A stretch of 64,000 nucleotides of DNA from Trichodelitschia bisporula (Eukaryota): NCBI GenBank assembly GCA_010356995.1, contig ML996693.1, forward strand, positions 1,116,001-1,180,000, given 5' to 3'. The notes below the pieces were generated by a model. The model was given only the letters and a program-made list of their open reading frames with translations, ran no database searches and had not been told where the DNA came from. This document shows, piece by piece, positions 27,166 to 39,218 of the stretch. The position numbers and the translations under genes are program-made. Within the stretch, counting starts at the first letter, position 1; every line of letters starts with the position of its first letter.

Positions 27166-27917
27166 AAGTAGCGGTTGATAGAGCAGTAACAGAGGGAAGA
27201 GAGCGATGATGACGATGAAAAGGCGTCTCGAAGTAGATCAGATGCCTTTTATAGCCAGCACGTGCTTTTATGTTGCTGCCCCAGGCAACCGCTCGTCCCC
27301 CACTTACCCCGGTCAGGCATCCGAAAATGTCGCTCTCGCACTCTGCCCGCGCCAAGGAAGTCGCTGCGACTTCGATTTCGGCTTCGACTGCATATCAACA
27401 ACCGCCATATTTCTCCTCAGCGCAGCACCTCGACGGCCACACTTCCACGTCTCGCCTACCTCGCGTTAACACCTTTTGACGCATCTGCTACTTGGGCTAC
27501 GCCCATCCATCTCTCATTGCTGGACGTCAGCCATCAACCATCTCAGTCTCGTCATCACCCGAGCGGTTCACGCTTACCTCCTTCGGCCCGCTACAAGGCA
27601 TACCTCCTTCCGGTCGCAGGGCGTAATGAACCCGTGGACTGCGATCTGACATCTACACATTACAGGGCAGCCTGCACTTCACACTTGTTTGCCCTTCGGC
27701 GCTACACAATCCTTCTGGCGCCATATTGAAGCTGCCTTGCCCCGCACTTCGCAATCCGTGGGCTGTGACCTTGTTTGAGGCAAGGCTTGAATAAAGTTGG
27801 CAAACGAGCTTCACAGATCATTCGCGAACGGCTTACTGGATTTGAGAGCTTCAGGCCTTACTACACGGATTTTACATGTGACAGACCCCGCACTCTTGAG
27901 ACGCCGGTCAAATCAAC

Positions 27918-29012
27918 ATGTCGTCCTCCTCCCAGGTCAACGACTCCTGGATATCCTCTTTTTGCAGCATCGTGGGACACGAATACTTCGCTGAGGTCTC
28001 TGAGGACTTCATCGAAGATGACTTCAATCTGACGGGGCTTCAAGCCATGGTGCCCATGTATAAAGAAGCTCTGGAACTGATACTGGACGTCGAGCCTGAC
28101 GACGAAGATGGCGATGATGAGGACGAGGAGGAAGATGAAGAGGACGACGAGATGGGTGACGACGGTCAGTTGACGAGCTACCGCGCTCCCGTTGAGCGCC
28201 GCCATACACGTGTGCCCAGCGACGCCAGCCTAATAGAATCATCGGCAGAACTTCTCTACGGCCTCATTCACCAGCGCTACATCACCAGCCGGCCGGGCAT
28301 CCAGCAAATGTACGAAAAATACGATCTCCAGCACTTCGGCCACTGCCCGCGCGTCCACTGCAACGGCGCCAAGGTACTCCCCGTGGGCTGCACCGACAAA
28401 CCAGGCGAGGATACGGTCAAACTCTTCTGCCCTTCCTGCCTCGACATCTACGCCCCGGCGAATAGCCGTTTCCAATCGGTCGACGGCGCTTTCTTCGGGA
28501 CCACGTTCGGCTGCCTCTTCTTCATGACCTTCCCCGAGCTTGAAGTCGGCACCAACCGATCCTCGGCCGACGCCTTGATGGCTCTCGCCGCGTCGGGCAC
28601 TACAACGGATGCCTCCTCGCTGACCGGCTCCTCGAGTTCAACCATGCTCACACCCGCCAGCGGTAAGCCGCCCACTCCGCAGCCTCTGTCCATCAACGGT
28701 GTCAGCGCCTCCAATCTGGCGCCCGGCCTGGGCAAGGGCAATATCTACGAGCCACGGATCTATGGGTTCCGTGTCAGTGAACGTGCGCGCTGCGGCCCGC
28801 GCATGCAGTGGCTGCGCATGAAGCCGGCGGATCTGATGGAGCTGGACGAGGTGCGTGGTCGGGTCCGTGAACCCGCGTCCGAGCACGAGATGGATGAGAA
28901 GGATGTCCTGGAGGAGAAGCCGGCTAGGCGGATTGCGGCGGTTAGGCGACGGAGGGTGAATGGCCAGGCTGGGAGTCCCATGGATACGAATGGGATAGGC
29001 GAGGGGGGTTAA
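27918..29012 (+). CDS. CKB1: Casein kinase II regulatory subunit beta (CKB1 type), single exon
   Basis: SWISSFC..GHEYFAEVSEDFIEDDFNLTGL, acidic loop, AELLYGLIHQRYI, zinc ribbon CPRVHC...CPSC, DGAFFGTTF, YEPRIYGF. Confidence 0.95.
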   Translation: MSSSSQVNDSWISSFCSIVGHEYFAEVSEDFIEDDFNLTGLQAMVPMYKEALELILDVEPDDEDGDDEDEEEDEEDDEMGDDGQLTSYRAPVERRHTRVPSDASLIESSAELLYGLIHQRYITSRPGIQQMYEKYDLQHFGHCPRVHCNGAKVLPVGCTDKPGEDTVKLFCPSCLDIYAPANSRFQSVDGAFFGTTFGCLFFMTFPELEVGTNRSSADALMALAASGTTTDASSLTGSSSSTMLTPASGKPPTPQPLSINGVSASNLAPGLGKGNIYEPRIYGFRVSERARCGPRMQWLRMKPADLMELDEVRGRVREPASEHEMDEKDVLEEKPARRIAAVRRRRVNGQAGSPMDTNGIGEGG

Positions 29013-31383
29013 GTGGGTGTCTGACGGGGTGACGAGGGATGGATACTAGATGGGCTGGATATGATGCGCGGAAACTGCTTTTTCGGGCCTTTTCTTTGTT
29101 TGTTGTGAGAGGGAGTGCGGGGAGATGGGGAGGTGTTACGGCGGCGGATGGACTTGTCGACGATGTAGGGGATGAAGGGACGGAACTCTTGCGTGCATGG
29201 AAATGGAGGCGTTGTGCGTGCTATAATGATACTGTTTATTCTTTCTCGTAACTACCCATCTTTGGGTGCAGTACACACGCCGACAGTAAGCAGCAGTGGC
29301 CTCGCGCACTCGCTGAGCACCATCTAGAACTAACACCCACCGCATATATAAACCCCCCCCCCTCCATCCCACCCTTTATCCCCGTCCCACACCCCCTGAT
29401 TCGCCCCAGCCCTCCAACCTCACGCCCGTCATCCACCAAAAAGTCCTCCTGCATCAACGCAAAGCGCCACAAAACGCTCCATCGCGCCGCGACATCCACT
29501 CGCACCCCCTATACCCAGTCATCATTCTACGTTTGCGTTGCTTATACCCACTTACATCCCCCCCTTCCCCCACCCCTGCCCCTTCCGCATCCCTATGTCA
29601 TGCATCATCGCCAAACGCCGCCCGGCGTCCATCCCGAACCGGCGCCGTGCGTGCAATTCCTGTCCTCCCGGGACCGTCGTGCGGCTGCGGCGGCGGGAGC
29701 GGGGCGCAGAGCTGGGGGATGGCGTGTCGTGGCGCGGTTGTGAGGGGCCAGGGGGTGGGGGGTGGGGGGCGACCAGGCAACACGATGAAGAAAGATGGGA
29801 CATCGGGGCTCGCTCACCGATGGCGGAGAACGGTCCGCGGGCACGGGAGGCAGCCGCGTGAAACCGGGCCAGGGCCCGGGCGTGCGGCGCCGAGGGCGAA
29901 GGCCGTGGGGGTCGGGCGGGGAGGTGGACGCTGGACCGCGGGGCCGCAGGCCGGGGCCGGACACGTAGTTGCGTACTTCGTAGTAAGGTGTGCAGCGTCA
30001 GCGGTCGGGGCTTATCGACCCAGTCGCGGGGCGAGCGTGCGACGGTGTATGTCGTGTCACTCGGCGGGAGTGGGCGGGCTCGACAGGTGTCTGGCCAGCA
30101 TGGCGGAGTGTGCTGAGGCGGCGGGGCCCGGCCGTGACAGCGTGCAGGCAACGAACGCTCCGTGGGCTGACGGACCTCAGGCATGCGTGTGTGCGACTCC
30201 ACGCGGTTAGGTAACACGAGAGTAGACCGAGACCAGCGCGCCAACGGCGTTGAACTGCTCCGCCGCAAGATGATGTATTCGCCCTGCCGGCCCGCCACGC
30301 TTAAACGACGGGCCCCACCCCCTCTTTGCCCGCGATGCCAGCAGGTGCGGCTATCGGAAGGGGGGGAGGGGGGCTGCGGTGGCGACGATGGGGCGGGGAG
30401 GTTAAGGGTGGGATACAGTTTCTAGATGCAGAAGTCAGAAAAAAAAGTGCGAATAGACGGAAATGGTGAACGGGAGCTGGCCTACCACCGCTTTTCCCAG
30501 TCCGGGAGGGTGCAGCACAGCTATCGGAATGCATGCCGGCTGCGGGAGAAAGCAAATCATCGGCCCGATTTTTGTCTATTCCTCGAACATGTACATTGCG
30601 TACATTGCGTAGGCCTTCCGTCACACCCATCGATCCCTGTCATATGGTGCGAGAGGCATACGACAGTAGACTCCCTTTTCCTTATCGACCGGATTGGGTC
30701 TCGTTCAGAAGAAGTTCCCCGACTGCCTCATTGGCGTCTGCCAGCAGCTGCGGGCTCGAAAAGGACTACCCAATCAGGCGACGCGCCAGTTCATCATCCA
30801 ACACACGACGCGCCACTTGATGAGGGGGGGAGGGGCAGTGTATATGCTGTCCAGAAGCCGAACGTCGGCAGGGGTTGGCAATCGGAGATCTGAGCAGTTT
30901 TGCGTCTTCACTGCCTCGCCACTATGCTGGAAATGCGCAGAAGAGAGGTGGGAAGAAACCGACATCGGGAATCGCCTGAGTCCACCGGAGGAGGGACAAG
31001 CCTGCTTAACCTGCTGCCACGAAAACGCGCCTTGTCTCTTCGCTCTTCCCACACGCCCCCGGAATATGTTTGCTGCATCTGATGCTCGTTGGGGGACATG
31101 CTTCCCATCTCGCAGATGGCCGTCGCTAAGAAAGACTGGAGCATCAGGATGCAACCTCTGTCGTTGCTGCAAGTGGTATTTACGGAAATGGGCTTCCATA
31201 CCGATTCGACAGCTCACTCTCACCCATGGCGCCTGGTCCTCTCTTGCTCACATTTCCTTGCGCCATGGAGGCTCGCTGCAAAGTACCAAGTACCTTGTTT
31301 GAGACTCCACAGACAAAAACGGGCCCTCGAGGCTTTTGGCTAAGAGCATCGACTCTCCTCCCGTTTTTACGCATGGACCAACA

Positions 31384-32106
31384 ATGTCGATGGCACACAG
31401 AACAGGAGGCTCTTCCAGTGGACACCGACCGCTGCTTCCGGCAGGAGGCCCTCCGCGGCTAGATACTGAGGGACAAAGCAATCCGCAAGCCGACAGCATC
31501 TTAATGCAAGGATCGCGACAGCTTCCCAAGCGGAATAAGGTCACAGCTGTAGCCTGCCAGCCGTGCCAGACACGCAAGAGCAAGGTGCGTCCACAGTCGT
31601 TCCGAATTCGCACTTCCAGATACCGAAATAGCTGACGAGAGAATGGGGACAAATAGTGCGATGGTGGAAGGCCAGTCTGTTCGGCATGCGTGAGCAAAGG
31701 ACGAACCGACTGCGTATACGATACGGCAAGCGACCAGCGGCGAACAGTAGCTCTGAAGCAACGCATTGAAGAGCTCACAACAATCCTGGAGTCCGTGTTA
31801 ACCCAACCGACTGCCGAAGCTGTCTGGAGGGTGATGCTGGAGGAGTTCAGAACAGAAGGCTTAAAGGACACGTCAACGATGGCACAGAAATGCCGTCAAA
31901 TGACTCAAATGACTCAAATGCCTCAACTCGGAACCGACATTTACGGCATGGCGGAGTCTCCCGATGTCTATACCCGCACTACTCTCGGCGAGCAGCCCCC
32001 GGGCTGGACCGACATTAGTGAGTCCTCCGGTCGGGATTGGTCCACCATGTCCGACGCATTTCCTGCCGATCCTTGGTACCAGACTGCTCCTCAACCTCCT
32101 CTTTGA
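31384..32106 (+). CDS. Small Zn(II)2Cys6 protein (~215 aa) without a middle homology region; intron 31585-31656
   Basis: Splicing joins VTAVACQPCQTRKSK to CDGGRPVCSACVSKGRTDCVY, giving all six cysteines, followed by a coiled-coil-like LKQRIEEL. Confidence 0.85.
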
Positions 32107-35100
32107 TACCCCTCTCGGCATTTGGCATTCGGGTTGAAAGCATGGTTTGCGGGTGTGGGGCTTCGGTTTGGTAAATTGCAGTTTTTTTGCATGGCTAGCG
32201 GGTTGGGTAGTGTGCAACGGAAAGGGAGCGCTTTTTGGTTAATTCTTCTTGTGATTTGCATTGGCGCCAGGACAGGCTTTCATTAAATTCGGTGGTAATG
32301 TTGGACATTCGCATCGTGTAGTCTCCTTGGGCGTGATGGGTTCGCAAACTGCAGATTGATCAGCGGAGGAGCACCCTTGAAGGATTGTCGATCAGCCAGG
32401 TCTCTAACCGAGAGGAATTGCAAGCCAGATCCCCACCATCCGTTGCGCACAGCATGCTTCATGACGCTCGCACCATTGATGATGATAAGGCAGCAAGGGT
32501 TCAATGACGAGCCTGGGGAAGCGTGAAGCTGTCGCTACCCGGAATACCGGTACACGCGCCGATGATCGGCGCGCAAGTTACTCGATTCACGTACCCGAAA
32601 TCGAACCGCTCACCAATGCTCTTACCCATCTTGTGAATAAACTTGCTCCTTGCGCTCCATAATTGGCGAATGCACGATCATAGCCGACGATTCTCGGATG
32701 CGACCCATGGCCATGATTGGACAAACTCAGCAAATTAATGAGCGTGGGGGCTAGCGAGCAGATACGTGGATGCCCCACTGCCGGTGACATACAGTCCAAC
32801 GCCCGCCCGGATGCGGCTCAGTGTGCCACGAGGCATGATTCCAACTCGCCCGGTTTCCTTCCTCCATAAGATGAGCCCTGAGCCAACTCCGGCCGAAGTA
32901 ATTTGTGACTTACAGTGAGTGATGTAAGACCGCACCAGGAATATTCTGAAAATGTGCTTTTAGAGTCTCCCTTACGTGCTGCAAGGCCATTGGACTGACA
33001 GATCGTGTGATTTCTTCAGCATTGCCTCCCCGATGTCGCCTTTCCTGTACAATGGGTTGCGTTTCATGATTTCGAGATCTTGGTAGTATTCCGTGCCTAT
33101 ATCCAGTACCGTGGTGGCGCGTTAACAAGGCTGATGGCCAATGGTTGCTCATGGGGCTAGTTTCCGATGTCCAATTAGAAACTGTAGAGCTTGAGCAGAT
33201 CGGCGCCCGATGGAAATACGCTACGTTATCCGGTATGCCACTGCCTTCTCCGAAGTCGGTTAGGAGTGCAAAATGTGTGTTGGCATGGCCGAGCCGACTA
33301 GTAAACTCTTCAGGACGTTGAGAGTGACGATTTACTGCTGAAATTAAGCAATCTTTCGTCCACGATACCAGGCTGACGTCCGGAAGTTCGATGATAGGTC
33401 TACTCCGTATTTATAACCCATCCCATGCAAGTGGATTCTCGCCCGAGGCGAACTCATCCTTCGAACCGGAAACCACCCTTTACAGGGCGGCTGGTGAACA
33501 ACCGGAAGCAAACCGACTGCATTGCACTTGGACTCATTGTGAGTGGCTTTGGGCGCTTCAAGTGTGACACAACCGCAATGCATGGAAATTTGGGAGCTGA
33601 TCGTCTCGTAGCCTGCAAAACTCTTAGCCCATGCAGTGGACAACATGTAGACTGGCATCTTCGGGATGAGAGAATACATACATGCCACACTGGGTGTACC
33701 CATGGAAACGCAGGCAAGAACCGGCTGGTCATGTACATGCCTGGCAGACTGGTACCCGTTACAGCGGATGACTCAAGACTAAGAAATGTACCATGGAGGT
33801 ACGCGCGCAATTCAAACTGCAGCTTTTGGGAAGTTTCGAATGAACAAGAAGGACGAAGGAACGTTTCCTGGAAAGGTGACGGAGTGAAGTTCAGGGATCT
33901 CTCCGACGCGTTCAGGGTCCGCGGAGGCGCCGCTACAAGGCTGGCTCGGCGTGGATAAACGGATTAGCGAGGCGACGTCTGACGTCCGATTAAGAAGACT
34001 CTGGATGGATGTCGTGCGCCACAGTCGCTGTCCGACGTCGGCCACATCGCATTGCCGTTCCACGAAGCTATGTCATGGATCCATAGGGTGGCACATGTCG
34101 TATCCCACATGCAATGCGGGATTGACGATGCTGAGCTCTTACGACATGATGGTTCATCGGCATTGGTACACTCGTGCTGGTGTCGCTGTACGAATGAGGA
34201 CGATTGTGAGTTCGCAGGCATGGACGAGAGAACTGTAAGCGGCCAGAGGAGTAACCTTCGTGTATCACAACATCAAGGTGACTCAACAGTGCAGTGTGCA
34301 GACATGAAGCAATCGCTAATGGAAGCAGAGTGCAGGACCGGGAACGCCAACGTTCTTTGTACTGTAGCGCCGCAGCTAGACCAACTCCCGACAGCCAAAA
34401 GCTCCAGAGCCCCCGGCAATGCGCAAGCAAAACGGTTGGAACCAGCAAAGTGGTGCAACCTGACCCGGACGGCTGCATGTTACTGACCGCATCCCGCTCC
34501 CCCGGTGCATCGTGCTGGATCTCATGAACTTGGCGATTGACAGGCTCAACCAGTTCGTCCTCTGAAGGGATCCAGTCCTTTTCTCGAACCACAAGCCGCC
34601 GTTTGCGTCAGTGACGATACTGGCCTCCGGGTGGCCGTCGAAGATTGATACCTCGTGTCCTCGCTGGAATACGGATTGGAAGTGGTTTGGCGTCAAGTTC
34701 ACGCATAATGGAATCTCAGAACTCGACAGAGCAGTGAAAAGACAATGTGGGCGTGGAATTGGCAACGTATATGGAAGTTTACCGGTGTCCACACCAATTG
34801 GGAGGGAACCGCTAAGTTTTGGCAATTTGGTGGTTTGCATCGGACATCGCATATTGACTGCAAGTTATCGACGGAGAGATGGCATGAGCAGATCATAGGT
34901 ACCCGGCGTAGAGGTAATGGCTTGCTTCGCTTCTGCACTGTCCCCCACTGTCTCCATCCCACCTTCCCACATTGCAAGTAGTCAGGGTCTAATGCTTGGA
35001 CACGAACCCGCGACGAGCAACTCACCCACCGACCCCATCGAGTTGTCTCATCACCTAATTGGATTTGCCTTTCCCTACGCTCTGTTTGCATCCCTTCGTT

Positions 35101-35227
35101 CTCTTTTTCTCCCTACGCGGGGGCAGTGAGGCCTACCACTCTCCACCTATCTACCGCTGCGAACGCTGTCACAAGACAGCCTACTTTCTCAATTGGAGCA
35201 TCCCAACTGGGTACGGTCGTAGCTAGT

Positions 35228-36573
35228 ATGGTGTTCTTTGCAGACTGGTTGCTTTGGCAGCAACTCTGCTTTGTGTGTCTTCCATTGCCCATAAACTACT
35301 CGAAGCTGACTTCTGGTGTAGGTGCTGGCGGTGTTAATTGTATGTCATTTCACCATCCGCCTTTCTTCCCCGACTAACATGATAGATCGTCGCTCTCGTT
35401 TGCGGCTTCTGGAAGAACATGCTCGGTCGTGCCGAAGCAAGACATTATGCCAATCTCGGGACGCCCCTTGCAGTCTCTCCATCAAGGCTCGAGGATGGCC
35501 TAGGAGAAGATATACCTTTTGGGGTACGGGCTTTAGAATGTGGCATGGAGGTTGAGGGGGTGTGGAACTCGCGTCCGGCAACCCCAGCTGGAAGTCTGCT
35601 AGGACCTCCCGGAAGCTCATGCTCATCGCAAGGGAGCGAGGACGCAGGATTTCGGCCGAACGACGATACGCCGTCTATAGCCATGCCCAGGCCGAAGAGG
35701 CCGAACATTTCACCATATTGGCCAGTCTCGCGCTCACAAAGCAACGTTGAGAAGCGCCCCGTGCCCCCTTGTCGCAGCTCGTCACTGAACTACAGTCCTG
35801 GTCTCACGACTCCAAACCGAGCGTATACTTCAACCCTGTTGCGGAACTCCGTCGCGGCAGGCGACTTGGAGGTGGACATAGCAGGCCTCAAAGCCCGCAA
35901 AGGTGTCACCTCTTCATGCCATGTCTCCCGTATCCCTAACACTTTATACAGAGTATGAAATTTTCTCAGCTCCTGAACAACTATCCGCTCCACCTTCGCC
36001 TTCAACCTTCGCTTCAAGCATAGATAGCGCAAGCTCAAAGAGGCGAGAGATCTTCAATGAGCCGACGGGAGGTTTGTATAATTCACGTGGATCTTGCACG
36101 TCCACTTACTTCGTATAGAGCTAGATCTTCTTCAGAGCCATAGACTGTCTCACGTCGCCGAGACGGGCCAGCTCGTACCACGCGCCCCGAGGGGTGCCAT
36201 ACCCTACTACACGGATCCATTTGAGGGCGAGACGATTGCGCTCTCAGGCGTTACCGTGGGATTTTCCCCCTCTGGCGATGAAAGCACCGTCGTCGGATCG
36301 GAGCAGACTCAGGAGACCAAGATGAAGGAGCCAAGTGAACCAAAGCAGTCCTTCGAGCACAAGCCGCATGCCTCCAAAGTCTTGCGGAAAGTCAATTCGG
36401 ACTTTGAGATATTGCATCCTGGTAGTTTGACGGCCGCGGCTCCCGAACACCCCTTGGATGCTTCCAGCGAGCGACCCCGCTCGCGGAAGCTGCAGAAGAA
36501 GCGGCCATCTTCTGAGCACGATCGGCCCACCTTCATTGAGGTTATATACGGGGCCGAGGCAACTGGTCGCTAA
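35228..36573 (+). CDS. Uncharacterised fungal protein with N-terminal membrane anchor; exons 35228-35272, 35322-35339, 35386-35902, 35952-36071, 36119-36573
   Basis: Four short GT-AG introns join fragmented ORFs into one frame: MVFFADWLLWQQLCFVLAVLIIVALVCGFW...DIPFGVRALECGMEVEGVWNSRPATP...ELDLLQSHRLSHVAETGQLVPR. These motifs resemble, from memory, conserved ascomycete hypothetical proteins. Confidence 0.7.
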
Positions 36574-37276
36574 GAGCTTCACCTGTCGCCGTCCTCATAG
36601 CAATTGAAATTTGCATTCATTCGCTCGGTCGTGGCCGGGTGGCGATTTTGAGAGCCTAAGTCTAATGACAGTCCCGGGCAGATACCCCATGAGATATCGT
36701 AGCTTTACGGCGTTTGGGGCAGGTGATAGAGACATGCTTATGATGTATATGATATGGCAGCCAGATGTGGAGGATTTGAGGGTTAGCGACAGCATGAGGG
36801 TGGTGGGGTCATGAGCTCAGTTCCCACAGGTGCGAAAGACTGGAATTGTACGATTTAACGAGCTGCGATGTACCCGTACCTTGATTGCGCGGCCCGCCGT
36901 AAAGCTTCACATTCGGCCCGTCGGCCACTCCGCGACAAGGCCTTGTGAACGCATCTGCAAATTCCCAAAGCGTTGGCCATGAAGGTGACGAAAGACGATG
37001 CATTGACAGGCCACATACTGTAGAGATTGGATGAAGGGGTAGGGTTCGGAAATAAAGAGAAGTTTTGAGGCACCGTCATATAGATCCTCAATCGAGCAAG
37101 CAATCTGTTGAAATCATTCTGATTTCTCTACTCAGTAAAGCATCGTGACGTTGCGTGATGCTGGGCATTCACGGCACTTGAAGCGTCAGGCAACAGGCAG
37201 TAAGGCGTTACGCTAATCCCAAATGGGGGCCGAATAACTGCTAAGTCAACATAGTCAGGTGAGAGCGAGTGGGACC

Positions 37277-37294
37277 CGCGTCGCTTGAACGCGT
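37277..37294 (+). promoter_or_regulatory. MCB element(s) upstream of RAD51
   Basis: ACGCGT at 37289-37294 and CGCGTC at 37277, about 110 bp before the ATG. RAD51 is an MBF target in yeasts. Confidence 0.45.
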
Positions 37295-37403
37295 CTCCCC
37301 AACATCCCCTCCGCCACCTCACAACTGTCTCCCAACTTCGCCACCACTCATACCGCACACACCTCTCTGCAGGCAGCAAATTACATCTTACTTGCCTTTT
37401 AAT

Positions 37404-38600
37404 ATGGCAGAAGACGCGCAATCTCAATCCGGCTTCGAGGAGGAGACTCCACAACAACACGCACCCGGCGCCCCCACTTCCTTGAGTTCACTGGAGGTAG
37501 GCCTTCGTTTCCGACGCGTCGGGTTCATCGACTGACAACAAAAGGGAGTAAATGGCATCACGGCTCGTGATGTCAAGCTTATGACCGAGGGCGGATTCTT
37601 CACAATCGAATCTGTAGCATACACGTATGATACCCCGCGCCACAAGTCGATTTGTTCTTGTTGCTAATAAAGCTAGACCCAAGCGGACGATCGAGCAAGT
37701 CAAGGGCATTTCAGAGCAGAAGGCGTCAAAATTTCTCGCTGAAGCGGCGAGGCTTGTGCCTATGGGCTTCACCACGGCCACCGAAATGCATCAGCGGCGA
37801 AGCGAACTCATCTCCATAACTACGGGCTCCAAGCAGCTCGACACGCTTCTTGCTGGGGGTATCGAGACGGGCTCTATCACAGAAATCTTTGGTGAATTCC
37901 GCACGGGAAAGAGCCAAATTTGCCATACTCTGGCTGTGACGTGCCAGCTGCCGTTTGACATGGGTGGCGGTGAGGGCAAATGCCTGTACATTGATACTGA
38001 GGGCACCTTTCGGTATGTATGGCTGGCTTTCTGACTGTCACTTCTAACCGATCTAGACCTGTTCGTCTTCTGTCCGTCGCAGCTCGCTATGGTCTCTCCG
38101 GTGAGGAAGTCTTGGACAATGTGGCTTATGCGCGAGCCTACAACTCCGACCACCAGCTTCAGCTCCTGAACCAGGCCTCACAGATGATGACGGAAACGCG
38201 CTTTTCACTGCTGATTGTCGACTCCGCCACCTCGCTCTACCGCACAGACTTCATGGGCCGTGGGGAGTTATCCAGCCGGCAGACGCATCTCGCCAAGTTT
38301 CTGAGAACGCTTCAGCGCCTTGCAGACGAGTTTGGCATCGCCGTTGTAATCACCAACCAAGTTGTTGCTCAGGTTGATGGCGGCCCGAGCGCCATGTTCA
38401 ACCCTGATCCTAAGAAGCCTATTGGTGGCAACATCATCGCGCATGCGAGCACGACCCGGCTGAGTCTGAAGAAGGGGCGCGGAGAGACTCGGATATGTAA
38501 GATCTACGACAGTCCCTGCCTGCCTGAGAGCGATTGCATGTTTGCAATCAACGAGGATGGCATAGGCGACCCCAGCCCCAAGGATCTTGAAAAGGATTGA
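37404..38600 (+). CDS. RAD51: DNA recombinase Rad51 (UvsC/Mei-3), 4 exons
   Basis: [92 protein letters not shown]. Confidence 0.97.
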
Positions 38601-39218
38601 GGCGTTGGTGTTGTTGCTTTCTGGTAGTGTGACTGGAGTCAATGAAGTGATGCATCAGGAAGCAGCTCTGGTGGGTGCACATATTGCTGGGATGGCGCGT
38701 CTGGGGATGATATGAGGGGAACTGTACATTGCACTATACCACGAGGCTGATGGGGTTGAGGTCACGGACTAGAGGTTGGCAAGATTTAGGAGATAGACGA
38801 CAAGCTCTGATTCAAGAACCCTAATACCCCCTTGTCATTGAGTGATCGTTGGACAAGATGTCGAAAGAGCCTATGCATAGTTTTCATCTCATCGTAGTCT
38901 TTATCGGAGTCGTGCTGTCGGCGGGCTCGCGGCGGTTGCGGCGTCAAGCATCCTGCAGGGCTCCAACGCACGGACCTTTTTGTCGCATCGCGAGAACGCG
39001 CTTTGCTCGCTCGCTTGCCAACATTCTCCATCTCCAAGCTCTCCCTGTCAACACCATTCCACTTCCGCGACACTTTTGACTGTCGCTCCAAAAGCAGCTC
39101 CGCTCAACCCCCCTGGATACTAGTACCACAGTGTCTCTGCCTGGTCGATGATTAAAGCACCAGCATAACCCAGTCGCCCTTCGCAACCCGAGCCCACGTC
39201 CCTCCTTCGCCGCGCACC

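Noticed and set aside
29340..31300. TATA-like box at 29345 and several 100-250 aa ORFs
   Set aside because: There is no recognisable domain, coherent codon bias or convincing splice model. I treat it as intergenic/regulatory.
32150..35200. 3-kb gene-free stretch as a possible transposon relic
   Set aside because: I see no transposase or RT motifs, terminal repeats or RIP-like AT enrichment.
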